A stretch of 64,000 nucleotides of DNA from Syntrophales bacterium (GTDB taxonomy: Bacteria; Desulfobacterota; Syntrophia; Syntrophales; UBA2210): positions 32,001 through 96,000 of the forward strand of contig CAXXKT010000001.1 in the NCBI GenBank assembly GCA_963662405.2, given 5' to 3'. Position numbers and translations under genes: made by a program. The notes beneath the pieces were generated by a model that had not been told where the DNA came from, did no database searches, and was given only the letters and a program-made list of their open reading frames with translations. This document shows, in pieces, positions 39,838-49,015 of the stretch (positions are counted from its first letter, which is position 1; each line of letters opens with the position of its first letter).

Positions 39838-40439
39838 CTAAAAAAATACCGAATAGCCGACCACTCCGACACAGGAATTGATCCCTCCGTTGGGCAACTT
39901 CAGACCGGCATTCGAGAGATGCCTCCCCCGAAATTCCAGATCTATTGCCGACCGCTCCGTAATCAAGATCGAAAGTCCCACACCGGCCATATCGGAGAAG
40001 AGAAACCCGTCTGCCTGTTTTTCGTCTGTAAAGACATCCACTGGGGGCCGACGGAGACCATGCAATAGGCCGATACCCTCTCCGTGATATGGTGTCTGTA
40101 TTTCAGCCCGCATCCGATCCCGAATTCGACGTTGGTCGCGGGGGAGAAAGAAGGATTGACCTGCGGTTCCAGGAACAGGGAGAGGGTGTCTCGCTTGGCT
40201 TCCGGTTCTCGCGAAGAAAATTGTTTCAGCTTGAATCCGATGTGCCATACCATGAGCAAGGGGCGGTATTTCCCTTCCGGAATATTCCCGACTCCATAGC
40301 CGGCCATAACCCCCGTCTCAAATAGAGGGCACGCAGTTTGGCCGGTACCGGTATCGGCATTCGCCGGGATTACAGGCGCCACAACGGCCACAAGGATCAC
40401 CAGCGCGCACACGACCTTCCAGATCTTTTTGAATCTCAT
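39838..40439 (-). pseudogene. PagL-like acyloxyacyl hydrolase (lipid A 3-O-deacylase), frameshifted
   Basis: Signal peptide and beta-strands in ORF 39963-40439. Catalytic RHLSNAG...PNGGIN and the terminal Phe are in ORF 39838-40248. The frames join at the T5 run 40018-40022. Confidence 0.78.
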
Positions 40440-41479
40440 GATATCGTTTCTTTCATCCTGTGCCGCACCGCATCAAATGTATCCCCCACGGAGATGTCCT
40501 TCATGCACTGCTTCGTAACGCACCGCTTCATGAAACAGGGGCTGCAGGGCAAACCGGCACGGACAACGGTGTGTCCCGTTCCATATGGCCCTGTTCGCGC
40601 GGGATCGGTCGGGCCGAAGAGGGCCACCGTCGGCGTACCGATGGCGGCCGCCACATGCATGGGCCCGCTGTCGGTCGTGACGACGAGGGCCGCTCGTTCA
40701 TACAGATAGGCCAGGTCCCTCAGGGAGGTCCTCCCCGTCATATCCGCCGAGGGATGGTGCATGAGCGACCGAATGTGTTTCACTGTTTGATCGGCGTGTC
40801 CTCCGGTAAAGACCACTCTCCGTTTCAATTCTCCAACGATCCGGTCACACAGCTCTGCAAATTTTTCGTCTTCCCACATCTTCGTATCCCAGAGGGCCAC
40901 CGGATTGATTGCGACGAATCGATCTTCCGCCTTGATCCCATCTTTCTCCAGAAGCCGCTCGACCCGTTTCCGGTGTTCTTCTTCAATGTGAATATGGAAC
41001 TCCGGGGTCTCCGTATCCGCCCCGAGGTAATCCGCGATATCGAGATACCGGTCCACGGCATGCTTGTCCATATCCTCGAAGACCTTCTCGTTCAGGAAAA
41101 GGCCTGACAGTTCCTGCATACTGTCGTACCCGATCTTGCGCCTCCCCCTGCTCAGGAAGACAAGGATGGAACTCTTGAAGAGCCCGTGGAAATCGACAAC
41201 GAGATCATAGGCCCTGTCTCTGAGAGCCATCACGAAGAGACGGATCTCCCGGACCGTCCTGCGCACATCGCGCCGTGCCTTCAGATCGCTGAACCAGCGT
41301 TTCCTCCGGGATATGATGATTCGGTCGAGGCAGGGGTGTCCCGCGATGATATCCGATGCACCTTCTTCTATCACCCACGTGATGTGGGCGGCAGGGTAGC
41401 GCCTTCTGATTGCCGCCAGTGAGGGGATGGTGTGCACCACATCGCCGATGGCGCTCAGTTTTATGATGAGGATATTCAA
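40436..41479 (-). CDS. GT9 heptosyltransferase (WaaC-like)
   Basis: TTG start overlapping the gmhB stop; NILIIKLSAIGDVVH, DSGPMH, FGPTDP.RTGP. Confidence 0.88.
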   Translation of the reverse strand: MNILIIKLSAIGDVVHTIPSLAAIRRRYPAAHITWVIEEGASDIIAGHPCLDRIIISRRKRWFSDLKARRDVRRTVREIRLFVMALRDRAYDLVVDFHGLFKSSILVFLSRGRRKIGYDSMQELSGLFLNEKVFEDMDKHAVDRYLDIADYLGADTETPEFHIHIEEEHRKRVERLLEKDGIKAEDRFVAINPVALWDTKMWEDEKFAELCDRIVGELKRRVVFTGGHADQTVKHIRSLMHHPSADMTGRTSLRDLAYLYERAALVVTTDSGPMHVAAAIGTPTVALFGPTDPARTGPYGTGHTVVRAGLPCSPCFMKRCVTKQCMKDISVGDTFDAVRHRMKETIS

Positions 41480-42069
41480 CGGCCCGCATCCTCCGTTATC
41501 CAGCGCGCTGCATCCAGGATATCGTCCGCCACATATGCCGGCTGTATTTCGGAAACAACCATATCCTTCCCGTAGCCCGTTCTGACCAGTATCCCTACGG
41601 CCCCGCACCGCCGTGCCAGTTCGATGTCCCTTGCCGTGTCACCCACCACATACGAGGCGGAGAGGTCGATATTCAGCTCCCCCGAGGCCCGCAGGAGCAT
41701 GCCGGGTTTGGGCTTCCGACAGTCACATACCATGCGGTAGGGCCCGCCCCCCTCGGTGGGATGATGGGGGCAATAGTAGAAACAGTCGATAACGGCACCC
41801 TGCTCCCGGAAAAGCTCCCGTATCCGTTCATGGACCGCATCGACAAACCCCTCGTCGAACAATCCCCGCGCCACCCCCGACTGGTTCGTGACCACCACGA
41901 CCTTCATCCTCGCCTCATTGATGGCCCTGACGGCATCGAATGCCCCGGGGAATATGTGCAGCTTATCAAGGCTGTCAAGATACCCGACCTCTTCATTGAT
42001 GGTCCCGTCCCTGTCCAAGAATACCGCAGCGTTCTTTGTGTCCATCCTTTTCATCCCTTCGGCGGTCAT
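41476..42069 (-). CDS. gmhB: heptose 1,7-bisphosphate phosphatase
   Basis: FLDRDGTIN, TNQSGVARG, CPHHP...CDCRKP. Confidence 0.95.
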   Translation of the reverse strand: MTAEGMKRMDTKNAAVFLDRDGTINEEVGYLDSLDKLHIFPGAFDAVRAINEARMKVVVVTNQSGVARGLFDEGFVDAVHERIRELFREQGAVIDCFYYCPHHPTEGGGPYRMVCDCRKPKPGMLLRASGELNIDLSASYVVGDTARDIELARRCGAVGILVRTGYGKDMVVSEIQPAYVADDILDAARWITEDAGR

Positions 42070-43154
42070 CTCCCGGTGACGGGCGCCTCCAACAGCCTCC
42101 TTGCGGCATCATAGACATCATCCTCCCGTATCAGGTCCATACACTTGAAATCGGTGGGGCACACCTTTTTCAGGCAGGGGCTGCATGAAACGCCCTTGTA
42201 CAAGACTCGGCTCCGCTCACCTGGCGGGGACGTCGTTACGGGATTCGTCGATCCGAAGACCGCAATCAGAGGGACATCGAGGGCGCCGGCAAGATGCATG
42301 AGCCCCGAGTCGTTGGATATGAAGAGTCCGCACCGGGAGATCAGAGCCATCGCCTCATTGAGGCCTGTCTCACCCGCCAGATTGATCAGATCCCGTTTCG
42401 CGTGCCGCTGCACCGAATCCGCCCGTTTCCGGTCTCCGGCACTGCCGAAGAGCACAATTCGCGCCGAAAACCGGTCCGCAAGTCGGTCCGCCACGGCGGC
42501 GAACCGATCAGGAAACCACATTTTTGCCGGTCCATAACTGGCCCCCGGGGCGATACCGATCAGGGTATCTCTCCCCTGGACACCGTGACTCGCAAGGGTC
42601 CTGTCCGCCGCGGTGCGTGCATCGGCATCGGGAACGAGTCGGATATCCCTCCCCGCCACGGTACACCCCAGCGTCCTTACCATTGCCAGGTAGTAATCAA
42701 TCTGGTGGACCCTGCGTATCGCCCGCGTTCGGTGAACCGCATGGGTCAGAAACACCCCCCTGCAGTCTGAATCATACCCGGCTCTCAGCGGAATCCGCGC
42801 ATGCCATGCAATCAGGGCGGCCTCTATCGCGTTCTGAAGGAGGAGGGCCAGCTCGAACTCCTCGCCCCGCAGTTCACGGGCGAGGCGTACCTTTCCGCCG
42901 ACTCCGTCGTGTCTGCCGGGGCTCTGGAACACAATGACTTCATCGACATCGGGACAGGACCGGTAGAGATCCGCTACCCACGGTTTTGCCAGGACACAGA
43001 TCCGCGCGTGAGGGAAGGTGCTCCTGACGGCCGACACCGCCGGGAGGCTCATGATGACGTCTCCGATCCAGTTGGTCCCCCGGATCAGTATCCGTTCGAT
43101 CCGCTCGGGAACGATATCTCCTGATTTTATCAGTTTCAGGCGGTTATTCGTCAT
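42066..43154 (-). CDS. waaF: LPS heptosyltransferase II
   Basis: NWIGDVIMS.P, APGASYGPAK.W, NDSGLMH. Confidence 0.9.
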   Translation of the reverse strand: MTNNRLKLIKSGDIVPERIERILIRGTNWIGDVIMSLPAVSAVRSTFPHARICVLAKPWVADLYRSCPDVDEVIVFQSPGRHDGVGGKVRLARELRGEEFELALLLQNAIEAALIAWHARIPLRAGYDSDCRGVFLTHAVHRTRAIRRVHQIDYYLAMVRTLGCTVAGRDIRLVPDADARTAADRTLASHGVQGRDTLIGIAPGASYGPAKMWFPDRFAAVADRLADRFSARIVLFGSAGDRKRADSVQRHAKRDLINLAGETGLNEAMALISRCGLFISNDSGLMHLAGALDVPLIAVFGSTNPVTTSPPGERSRVLYKGVSCSPCLKKVCPTDFKCMDLIREDDVYDAARRLLEAPVTGR

Positions 43155-44062
43155 GGTCGCGAGGTCCGTTTTTTTGTCTTGTCCACGACCTGTGTCTTCT
43201 TGGTCTTCCATCGTTGATGGAGCCAGAACCACTGTTCGGGATGTCTCCGAACGTGTCCTTCAAGAATATTCGTGAATATCTTTGTGTTTTCGTAAATATC
43301 CCGGTCATAATCACCGGTCCTCACCATCTCAAGGACCGGCCCGAGAACGACCTTGTATTTTCCGTTCGGTATCCGGTACGCAAAGGCGGGAAGGACCGGC
43401 GCCCCCGTCTGAAGGGCGATAGCGGCGAGACCGCTGGTGGTCGATGCCGGTCTCCCGAAGAAATCGACGAAGACTCCCTCCTTCCACGACACATTCTGAT
43501 CGATGAGGATCCCGATACTCTGCTTCTTCCCGAGGAGTCTGATGATCTTTCTGGCCGCCCCTCCCTTGGGAATGAGCTTGTTGCCCGTATAGCTCCTGAC
43601 CCTGTCGACGATGTTTCTCATGAAGGGGTTATCCAGCTCACGGTACACGATATGCACCGGATCGAATATGACGGCGCAGGCGGCGGCCATGATCTCCCAG
43701 TTCCCGAAATGCCCGGTAAAGAGGAGAATTCCCTTGTTCTGCGCGTAGGCCTTCACATAGTGTTCCAGGCCTTCGGGAACAAACCAGTCAAAGATGGTAT
43801 CCATCGTCAGGGAGATGATATCGAAAAACTCCGCGGCGACGATCCCCAGATGCCGGTAGGAATCCTTGGCGATTCTCTTCAGCTCGGGCATATCCTTTTC
43901 GGGAAATGCACGGGCAAGATTGTGAAGGACGATCATCCTGTTCTTTTCGGAAAAGTGATAGAATAAGATAAACGCCGCCTTGAACAGCCTTTTTCGCACG
44001 TTAAGTGGTATCGCCCTGAACAGGACAAAGATCGTTCGTGTCATCACTGTTATCTGTTTCAT
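43151..44062 (-). CDS. lipid A late acyltransferase (HtrB/LpxL family)
   Basis: NL..AFPE, GHFGNWE, DQ, FFGR, PEQWFWLHQRWK. Confidence 0.9.
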   Translation of the reverse strand: MKQITVMTRTIFVLFRAIPLNVRKRLFKAAFILFYHFSEKNRMIVLHNLARAFPEKDMPELKRIAKDSYRHLGIVAAEFFDIISLTMDTIFDWFVPEGLEHYVKAYAQNKGILLFTGHFGNWEIMAAACAVIFDPVHIVYRELDNPFMRNIVDRVRSYTGNKLIPKGGAARKIIRLLGKKQSIGILIDQNVSWKEGVFVDFFGRPASTTSGLAAIALQTGAPVLPAFAYRIPNGKYKVVLGPVLEMVRTGDYDRDIYENTKIFTNILEGHVRRHPEQWFWLHQRWKTKKTQVVDKTKKRTSRP

Positions 44063-45132
44063 CGCTTCAGCCGTGCCCTGATATCATTTTCAAATATCCC
44101 TTGTTGATCCATTATTTCCATCTCAATTCTGAGCAGATATATCCCTTCAAAAAAATCGTCAAATCGTCTCAATTTCATACCATCCTTCTCCGTCGTCACC
44201 AAGACCTCAGCCCCGCTGTCACCAAAGGCCTTCCGGATATAATCAATATCCGCCGCCGTATAGATATGGTGATCCGGAAAAGGAAGAAACGATGTTATCG
44301 CACCGCACAGGGGGACCAGTGTATCCCGAAAGCTCCGGGGATGAGCTATGCCCGAAAAGGCGCATACCCGTTTCCCCGAAAGACAGTCAGTCGTGCAGGT
44401 CTCATGCGCCCGTCCTCTCACAAGCCCCACCGGCCTCCGCCGGGCCGTAAAGACGGGACCGGAATAATACCTCCCAAGAACGGGATCATCCGATCTCCCC
44501 GCTGCCGTCAATATTACCACATCGGCCCTTCGGAGCCCGCTTCGCGGCTCACGCAACCCACCCCGCGGCAGCAGGAAACCGTTCCCGAACGGTTGGACCC
44601 CATCCAGGAGAACAATGTCGATATCGCGAGCCAGGCGACGATGCTGAAATCCGTCATCCAGCACAAGAACGTCCGTTCCGTAGCGTTCCACGGCAACCCT
44701 TCCCGCACGGACCCGATCGGTCGCGACAATGACGGGTACAGCGGGAATACTGCGTGCGATCAGGACGGGCTCGTCCCCCGCCTCATGAGGGTCCATCAGG
44801 ATCTGACGTCCATCCGAAACAATCCCGACTTCTTCTTTTCTCTTTCCCCCGTACCCCCTGCTCAGTACCGCCGGTCTCCATCCACATTCCTTCAGCATCC
44901 GGGCCAGCATGATCACCATGGGGGTCTTCCCGGTGCCGCCGATCATGATATTTCCGACACTGATGACCCTGCATGTCACCTTTTGCGTGCGGAGCGCACC
45001 TGTATCATATAACAGATTACGAAGTTCGACACCGGCGCGATAGAGGAAAGATGCACCCACGAGCGGCGCATACCGCATCAGTCTCCGGTGATCGTACAAT
45101 ATCCTGGAAGCAATGTCGCTGAGTCGTATCAT
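44059..45132 (-). CDS. lpxK: tetraacyldisaccharide 4'-kinase
   Basis: SVGN...GGTGKTP, SRGYG, GDEP, LDDGFQH, TEKD. Confidence 0.95.
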   Translation of the reverse strand: MIRLSDIASRILYDHRRLMRYAPLVGASFLYRAGVELRNLLYDTGALRTQKVTCRVISVGNIMIGGTGKTPMVIMLARMLKECGWRPAVLSRGYGGKRKEEVGIVSDGRQILMDPHEAGDEPVLIARSIPAVPVIVATDRVRAGRVAVERYGTDVLVLDDGFQHRRLARDIDIVLLDGVQPFGNGFLLPRGGLREPRSGLRRADVVILTAAGRSDDPVLGRYYSGPVFTARRRPVGLVRGRAHETCTTDCLSGKRVCAFSGIAHPRSFRDTLVPLCGAITSFLPFPDHHIYTAADIDYIRKAFGDSGAEVLVTTEKDGMKLRRFDDFFEGIYLLRIEMEIMDQQGIFENDIRARLKR

Positions 45133-45264
45133 TTCCCTCTGATTACCAACGTCTCCCGGGATTCCCGTCCCCGACGTGCGAGGGGCATGAGGGAATGCTG
45201 CGTATAGCAACCGGGCATGGGGAACCACGGGGTCCCAGATCTTTGCCCGTTCATTCGGCTCGAC

Positions 45265-46425
45265 TCACGCTATCAGATCACACGCCAGTCGCGCCGCCCT
45301 GAGGGACGCCCCCTCTTCCCCCAACCGCTCCCGTACCTCACGGAAGCCCTTCCGTATCTCATCCACCCTGAAACGATCGGCAAGGATATCGTACACCTCA
45401 TCAGCCATCCTCTCCGCGGTTGCCTCCCCCTGAATCAGTTCGGGGACAACCGCTCTTTCCGCTATCAGATTGACGAGACCGATATAATTCACATGAATAA
45501 AGATCTTTCCGATCCGATAGGAGAGGGGGGACATCCGGTACACAATCACCATCGGCACATCAAGGAGGGCCGCCTCCAGGGTCGCCGTACCCGAAGCCAC
45601 AACAGCCACATCGGCCAGCCCCACGGCATCGTACACATCTCCCTGCGTGATGCGTACATCCACGGTATACCCCTTGACCAATTCCTCCACTACATGAAGG
45701 GGAAGCGTCGAAGCCTGTGGGAGAACGAATTGAACGGCCGGAAGCTTCTCCGCCAGGATTTCGGCCATCTTCATCATTACGGGCAGGAGCCGTGTCACCT
45801 CCCCCCGTCTGCTTCCGGGGAGCATGGCAACCGTTGTCGGCCCTTTCTCCAGGTCAAACCGCTTCAGTGCCTCATCGCGCGAACAGCTCCTCTTGACGGT
45901 ATCCCGGAGCGGATTACCGACAAACCGGGCATCAAGATCCAATCCCCGGTAGATTTCCTCTTCAAAGGGAAGTATCAAGGCCATGCGATCGACATATTGT
46001 TCGAGAGCGTATATCCGCTTTCTCTTCCACGCCCATACCTTGGGACTAATATAATAGAAGACTGCGATCCGATTTTCATGGGCAAATCGAGCGAGGGGCA
46101 GATTGAACCCCGGATAGTCGATCAGGATCAGCAAGGCCGGATGAGACTCGATGAGCAATCGTTTGAGCCCGCGCCTGACCTTCAGGATAAAACCCAACCG
46201 GGGCACCACCTCGGTAATCCCCATGACGGCCATTTCGGCGGAATGAGCAACCAAACGGACACCGGCCGCCTCCATCGCATCTCCCCCCACCCCTGAAAAA
46301 CGAAGGGCGGGGTTGATGCCGAGCATCTCCCTCACCAGGGTCGCGCCATGCAAGTCACCGGAGGCCTCTCCGGCAACGATCACTATGTCGGGGTTTTCAA
46401 GTTGCATGATCCCGGAATTATCCAT
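45265..46425 (-). CDS. lpxB: lipid-A-disaccharide synthase
   Basis: AGEASGDLHG, IDYPGFN, PKVWAW, PGSR, SGTATLE. Confidence 0.96.
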   Translation of the reverse strand: MDNSGIMQLENPDIVIVAGEASGDLHGATLVREMLGINPALRFSGVGGDAMEAAGVRLVAHSAEMAVMGITEVVPRLGFILKVRRGLKRLLIESHPALLILIDYPGFNLPLARFAHENRIAVFYYISPKVWAWKRKRIYALEQYVDRMALILPFEEEIYRGLDLDARFVGNPLRDTVKRSCSRDEALKRFDLEKGPTTVAMLPGSRRGEVTRLLPVMMKMAEILAEKLPAVQFVLPQASTLPLHVVEELVKGYTVDVRITQGDVYDAVGLADVAVVASGTATLEAALLDVPMVIVYRMSPLSYRIGKIFIHVNYIGLVNLIAERAVVPELIQGEATAERMADEVYDILADRFRVDEIRKGFREVRERLGEEGASLRAARLACDLIA

Positions 46426-46595
46426 GTGGGGATATGATAACGTGACAGAACTCCGAAATCGCCGGTAAAACCCGATTGCCCGGTATCTCCACCTGCATAC
46501 TTCCCATCACCCTGTTTTCTGCCCCGGCACCTCGTACATTCGGGCCTCTCGATACAGAACGGATGATCCGTCACAGGCAGCGACACGCCTCCGGG

Positions 46596-47369
46596 CTACC
46601 GGCAGACTCCCCTTTCGGATTTCTCGATGAATGCGATAAAATGACCCACCTCGGGGGAATCCGGGATCTCCTCACGTATTTTCTCCGCAGCGGCGGAGAC
46701 ACGCAGTGAAGACCGGAAGACGATCCGATATGCCTTCTTCAACTCCCCAATGGTCTCCTCAGGAAACCCCCGCCTCTTCAGACCGATCAGATTCAGGCCG
46801 TATGGCCGTGCATGATTCCCTGCAACGGTCACATAGGGGGGCACATCCTGGGTCACCGCGGATGCGCCGCTGATCATCGCATGACATCCGATCCGGGTAA
46901 ACTGATGAACGCCGGACATACCACCGATGATAGCGTAATCTTCAACGTGGATGTGTCCCGCCAGATTGGTTGCATTCGACATGACGATATGGTTTCCCAG
47001 CTTGCAATTGTGGGCCACGTGGCAATACGCCATGAGAAGATTGTCATCTCCGATACAGGTCATCGCTATATCGGCAGCCGTCGCCCGGTGTATCGTCACG
47101 AACTCCCGTATCGTGTTGTTGTTCCCGATAATAACCTCGCAACGCTCTCCCTCGAACTTCAAATCCTGCGGAGGCGCCCCGATGGAGGCAAATTGGAATA
47201 TCCGACAACCGGTCCCTATCCGCGTGGGCCCCTCTATCACCACGTGGGAACCGACAACGGTCCCGCTTCCTATCCGTACATCCGGACCGATGACGGTATA
47301 TGGTCCGATCTCAACGTCGCTGTCGATAAACGCCTCTGACGACACAATCGCCGTGGGATGAATTCCCAT
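46596..47369 (-). CDS. lpxA: UDP-GlcNAc O-acyltransferase
   Basis: [37 protein letters not shown]. Confidence 0.96.
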   Translation of the reverse strand: MGIHPTAIVSSEAFIDSDVEIGPYTVIGPDVRIGSGTVVGSHVVIEGPTRIGTGCRIFQFASIGAPPQDLKFEGERCEVIIGNNNTIREFVTIHRATAADIAMTCIGDDNLLMAYCHVAHNCKLGNHIVMSNATNLAGHIHVEDYAIIGGMSGVHQFTRIGCHAMISGASAVTQDVPPYVTVAGNHARPYGLNLIGLKRRGFPEETIGELKKAYRIVFRSSLRVSAAAEKIREEIPDSPEVGHFIAFIEKSERGVCR

Positions 47370-47378
47370 CCTTACATA

Positions 47379-48446
47379 TTACTCCTTTGCAATATATCCC
47401 TTGCTTTGAGCGTCTCTCACGGTTGTTTCCAGGTGTTCGACCCTCTTGAGCATTGAATTGATTGACTTCCTCATTTCCGGCAGATGCGGCATACATGCCT
47501 GGGCACGGAGCCATGTCTGGTGCGGCATGTGGAGTGTCCCTGAGACGATTTGGGCCGAAGAGACACTCTCATGAACACCAGATTGCGCGCCGACCATGAC
47601 ATGGTCGCCGATGGTCAAGTGACCGGCAACGCCGACCTGTCCGCCCAGTACAACACCCCGGCCCAGTTTCGTGCTGCCGGCAATCCCGACCTGAGCGACG
47701 ATGACGGAATTTTCCCCGACGACGACATTATGGCCGATCTGCACCAGGTTATCGATCTTGACCCCCTTTTGAATCCAGGTCTTTCCCAGGGTCCCCCGGT
47801 CTATCGTCGTATTTGCTCCGACTTCGACATCATCGTCTATCTGCACGGTCCCTATCTGCGGAACCTTTCTATTATCGGCACCCGGATTCGCGAAACCGAA
47901 TCCGTCCGCCCCGACAACAACCCCCGCGTGGAGGATCACCCGCTTCCCGATGGTGCACCCCTTATACACGACGACGTTCGGATACAGTATGGACCCCTCT
48001 CCGACAACGACGTCATGACAGACAACAACCCCCGGATACAGCACCACCCCCCGTTCGATCCGTGCCTTTTTACCGACGTATACGCCGGGATACAGGGTGG
48101 CACCTTCATCGATGTCGGCATCGTCTTCGACAACGGCCCGGCCACTGATCCCCGCAGGGATCTCCTCATCCGGGTATAACAGGGTGAGACTCTCCGCCAG
48201 GGCGCTGTAGGGATCGTCGGTGACGATCAGGTTTTTCCCGGGAGTTGTCACGCCGGGGGAAACAATAATCGCGGATGCTCGGGTTGTTTCGATGCGATCC
48301 TTGTATTTCGGATTTGCAATAAAGGTCAGGTCACCCTCACCCGCCTCATCGATCCCCCTGATATTGCAGACGCGCACGTCGGCATCCCCCACCACCGTGC
48401 CGCCTACGTGTCTTGCGATCTCTCTCAGCTTCGTACTGACTGCCAT
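47379..48446 (-). CDS. lpxD: UDP-3-O-acylglucosamine N-acyltransferase
   Basis: GADGFGF, KVPQIG.V, TIDRG, KIDNLVQIGHN. Confidence 0.96.
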   Translation of the reverse strand: MAVSTKLREIARHVGGTVVGDADVRVCNIRGIDEAGEGDLTFIANPKYKDRIETTRASAIIVSPGVTTPGKNLIVTDDPYSALAESLTLLYPDEEIPAGISGRAVVEDDADIDEGATLYPGVYVGKKARIERGVVLYPGVVVCHDVVVGEGSILYPNVVVYKGCTIGKRVILHAGVVVGADGFGFANPGADNRKVPQIGTVQIDDDVEVGANTTIDRGTLGKTWIQKGVKIDNLVQIGHNVVVGENSVIVAQVGIAGSTKLGRGVVLGGQVGVAGHLTIGDHVMVGAQSGVHESVSSAQIVSGTLHMPHQTWLRAQACMPHLPEMRKSINSMLKRVEHLETTVRDAQSKGYIAKE

Positions 48447-48449
48447 AGC

Positions 48450-48974
48450 TTACTTTTTGGAATAGTCCTTGTTGTATGCCTCTATAATCTTGTCGGTGAC
48501 ATCCTTTTCTTTGGCATAGTATACAAGACCACTACTGCCGATATCCATGATACCGGCATACCCCTCTTTTTTCCCGATGGTTTCCGCCACCTTGAGCACC
48601 TCGGGGATCAGTTTCCGAGAAAGCTCCTGGTCTTTCAGTTTCATCTCCGCATTGGTATCTTCGATGAACCGCTTATAATCCCGGTATTCCTTCTGGTAAT
48701 CGAGTTCCTTTTCCTTATAGGCGCTTTCCGTCAATACCGGGGCCTGCTTCTTCAGGTCGGCCTGCATCTTTTTCAGCCGACCTTCAATCTCTTCTCGTTC
48801 CGCCTTTTTCCCCTCAATGAACTTCTGCAGATCAAGCCCCGCGGCCTTTCCTGGTTCAGATTCCAACACAATCTTCTTCATGTCCATAAAGACGATCTCC
48901 CCCGCCTGGGCAACCGTGCAGATACCGGCGAGCAGAAAAACGGCAACGATTAAAAAACTTATACCCTTTCTCAT
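48450..48974 (-). CDS. skp: OmpH/Skp chaperone
   Basis: Signal peptide and coiled-coil, DVTDKII; lies between bamA and lpxD. Confidence 0.85.
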   Translation of the reverse strand: MRKGISFLIVAVFLLAGICTVAQAGEIVFMDMKKIVLESEPGKAAGLDLQKFIEGKKAEREEIEGRLKKMQADLKKQAPVLTESAYKEKELDYQKEYRDYKRFIEDTNAEMKLKDQELSRKLIPEVLKVAETIGKKEGYAGIMDIGSSGLVYYAKEKDVTDKIIEAYNKDYSKK

Positions 48975-49015
48975 GAATAACTCCTCCTCGTGTAAAATAA
49001 TATCTCGTGACCTCC

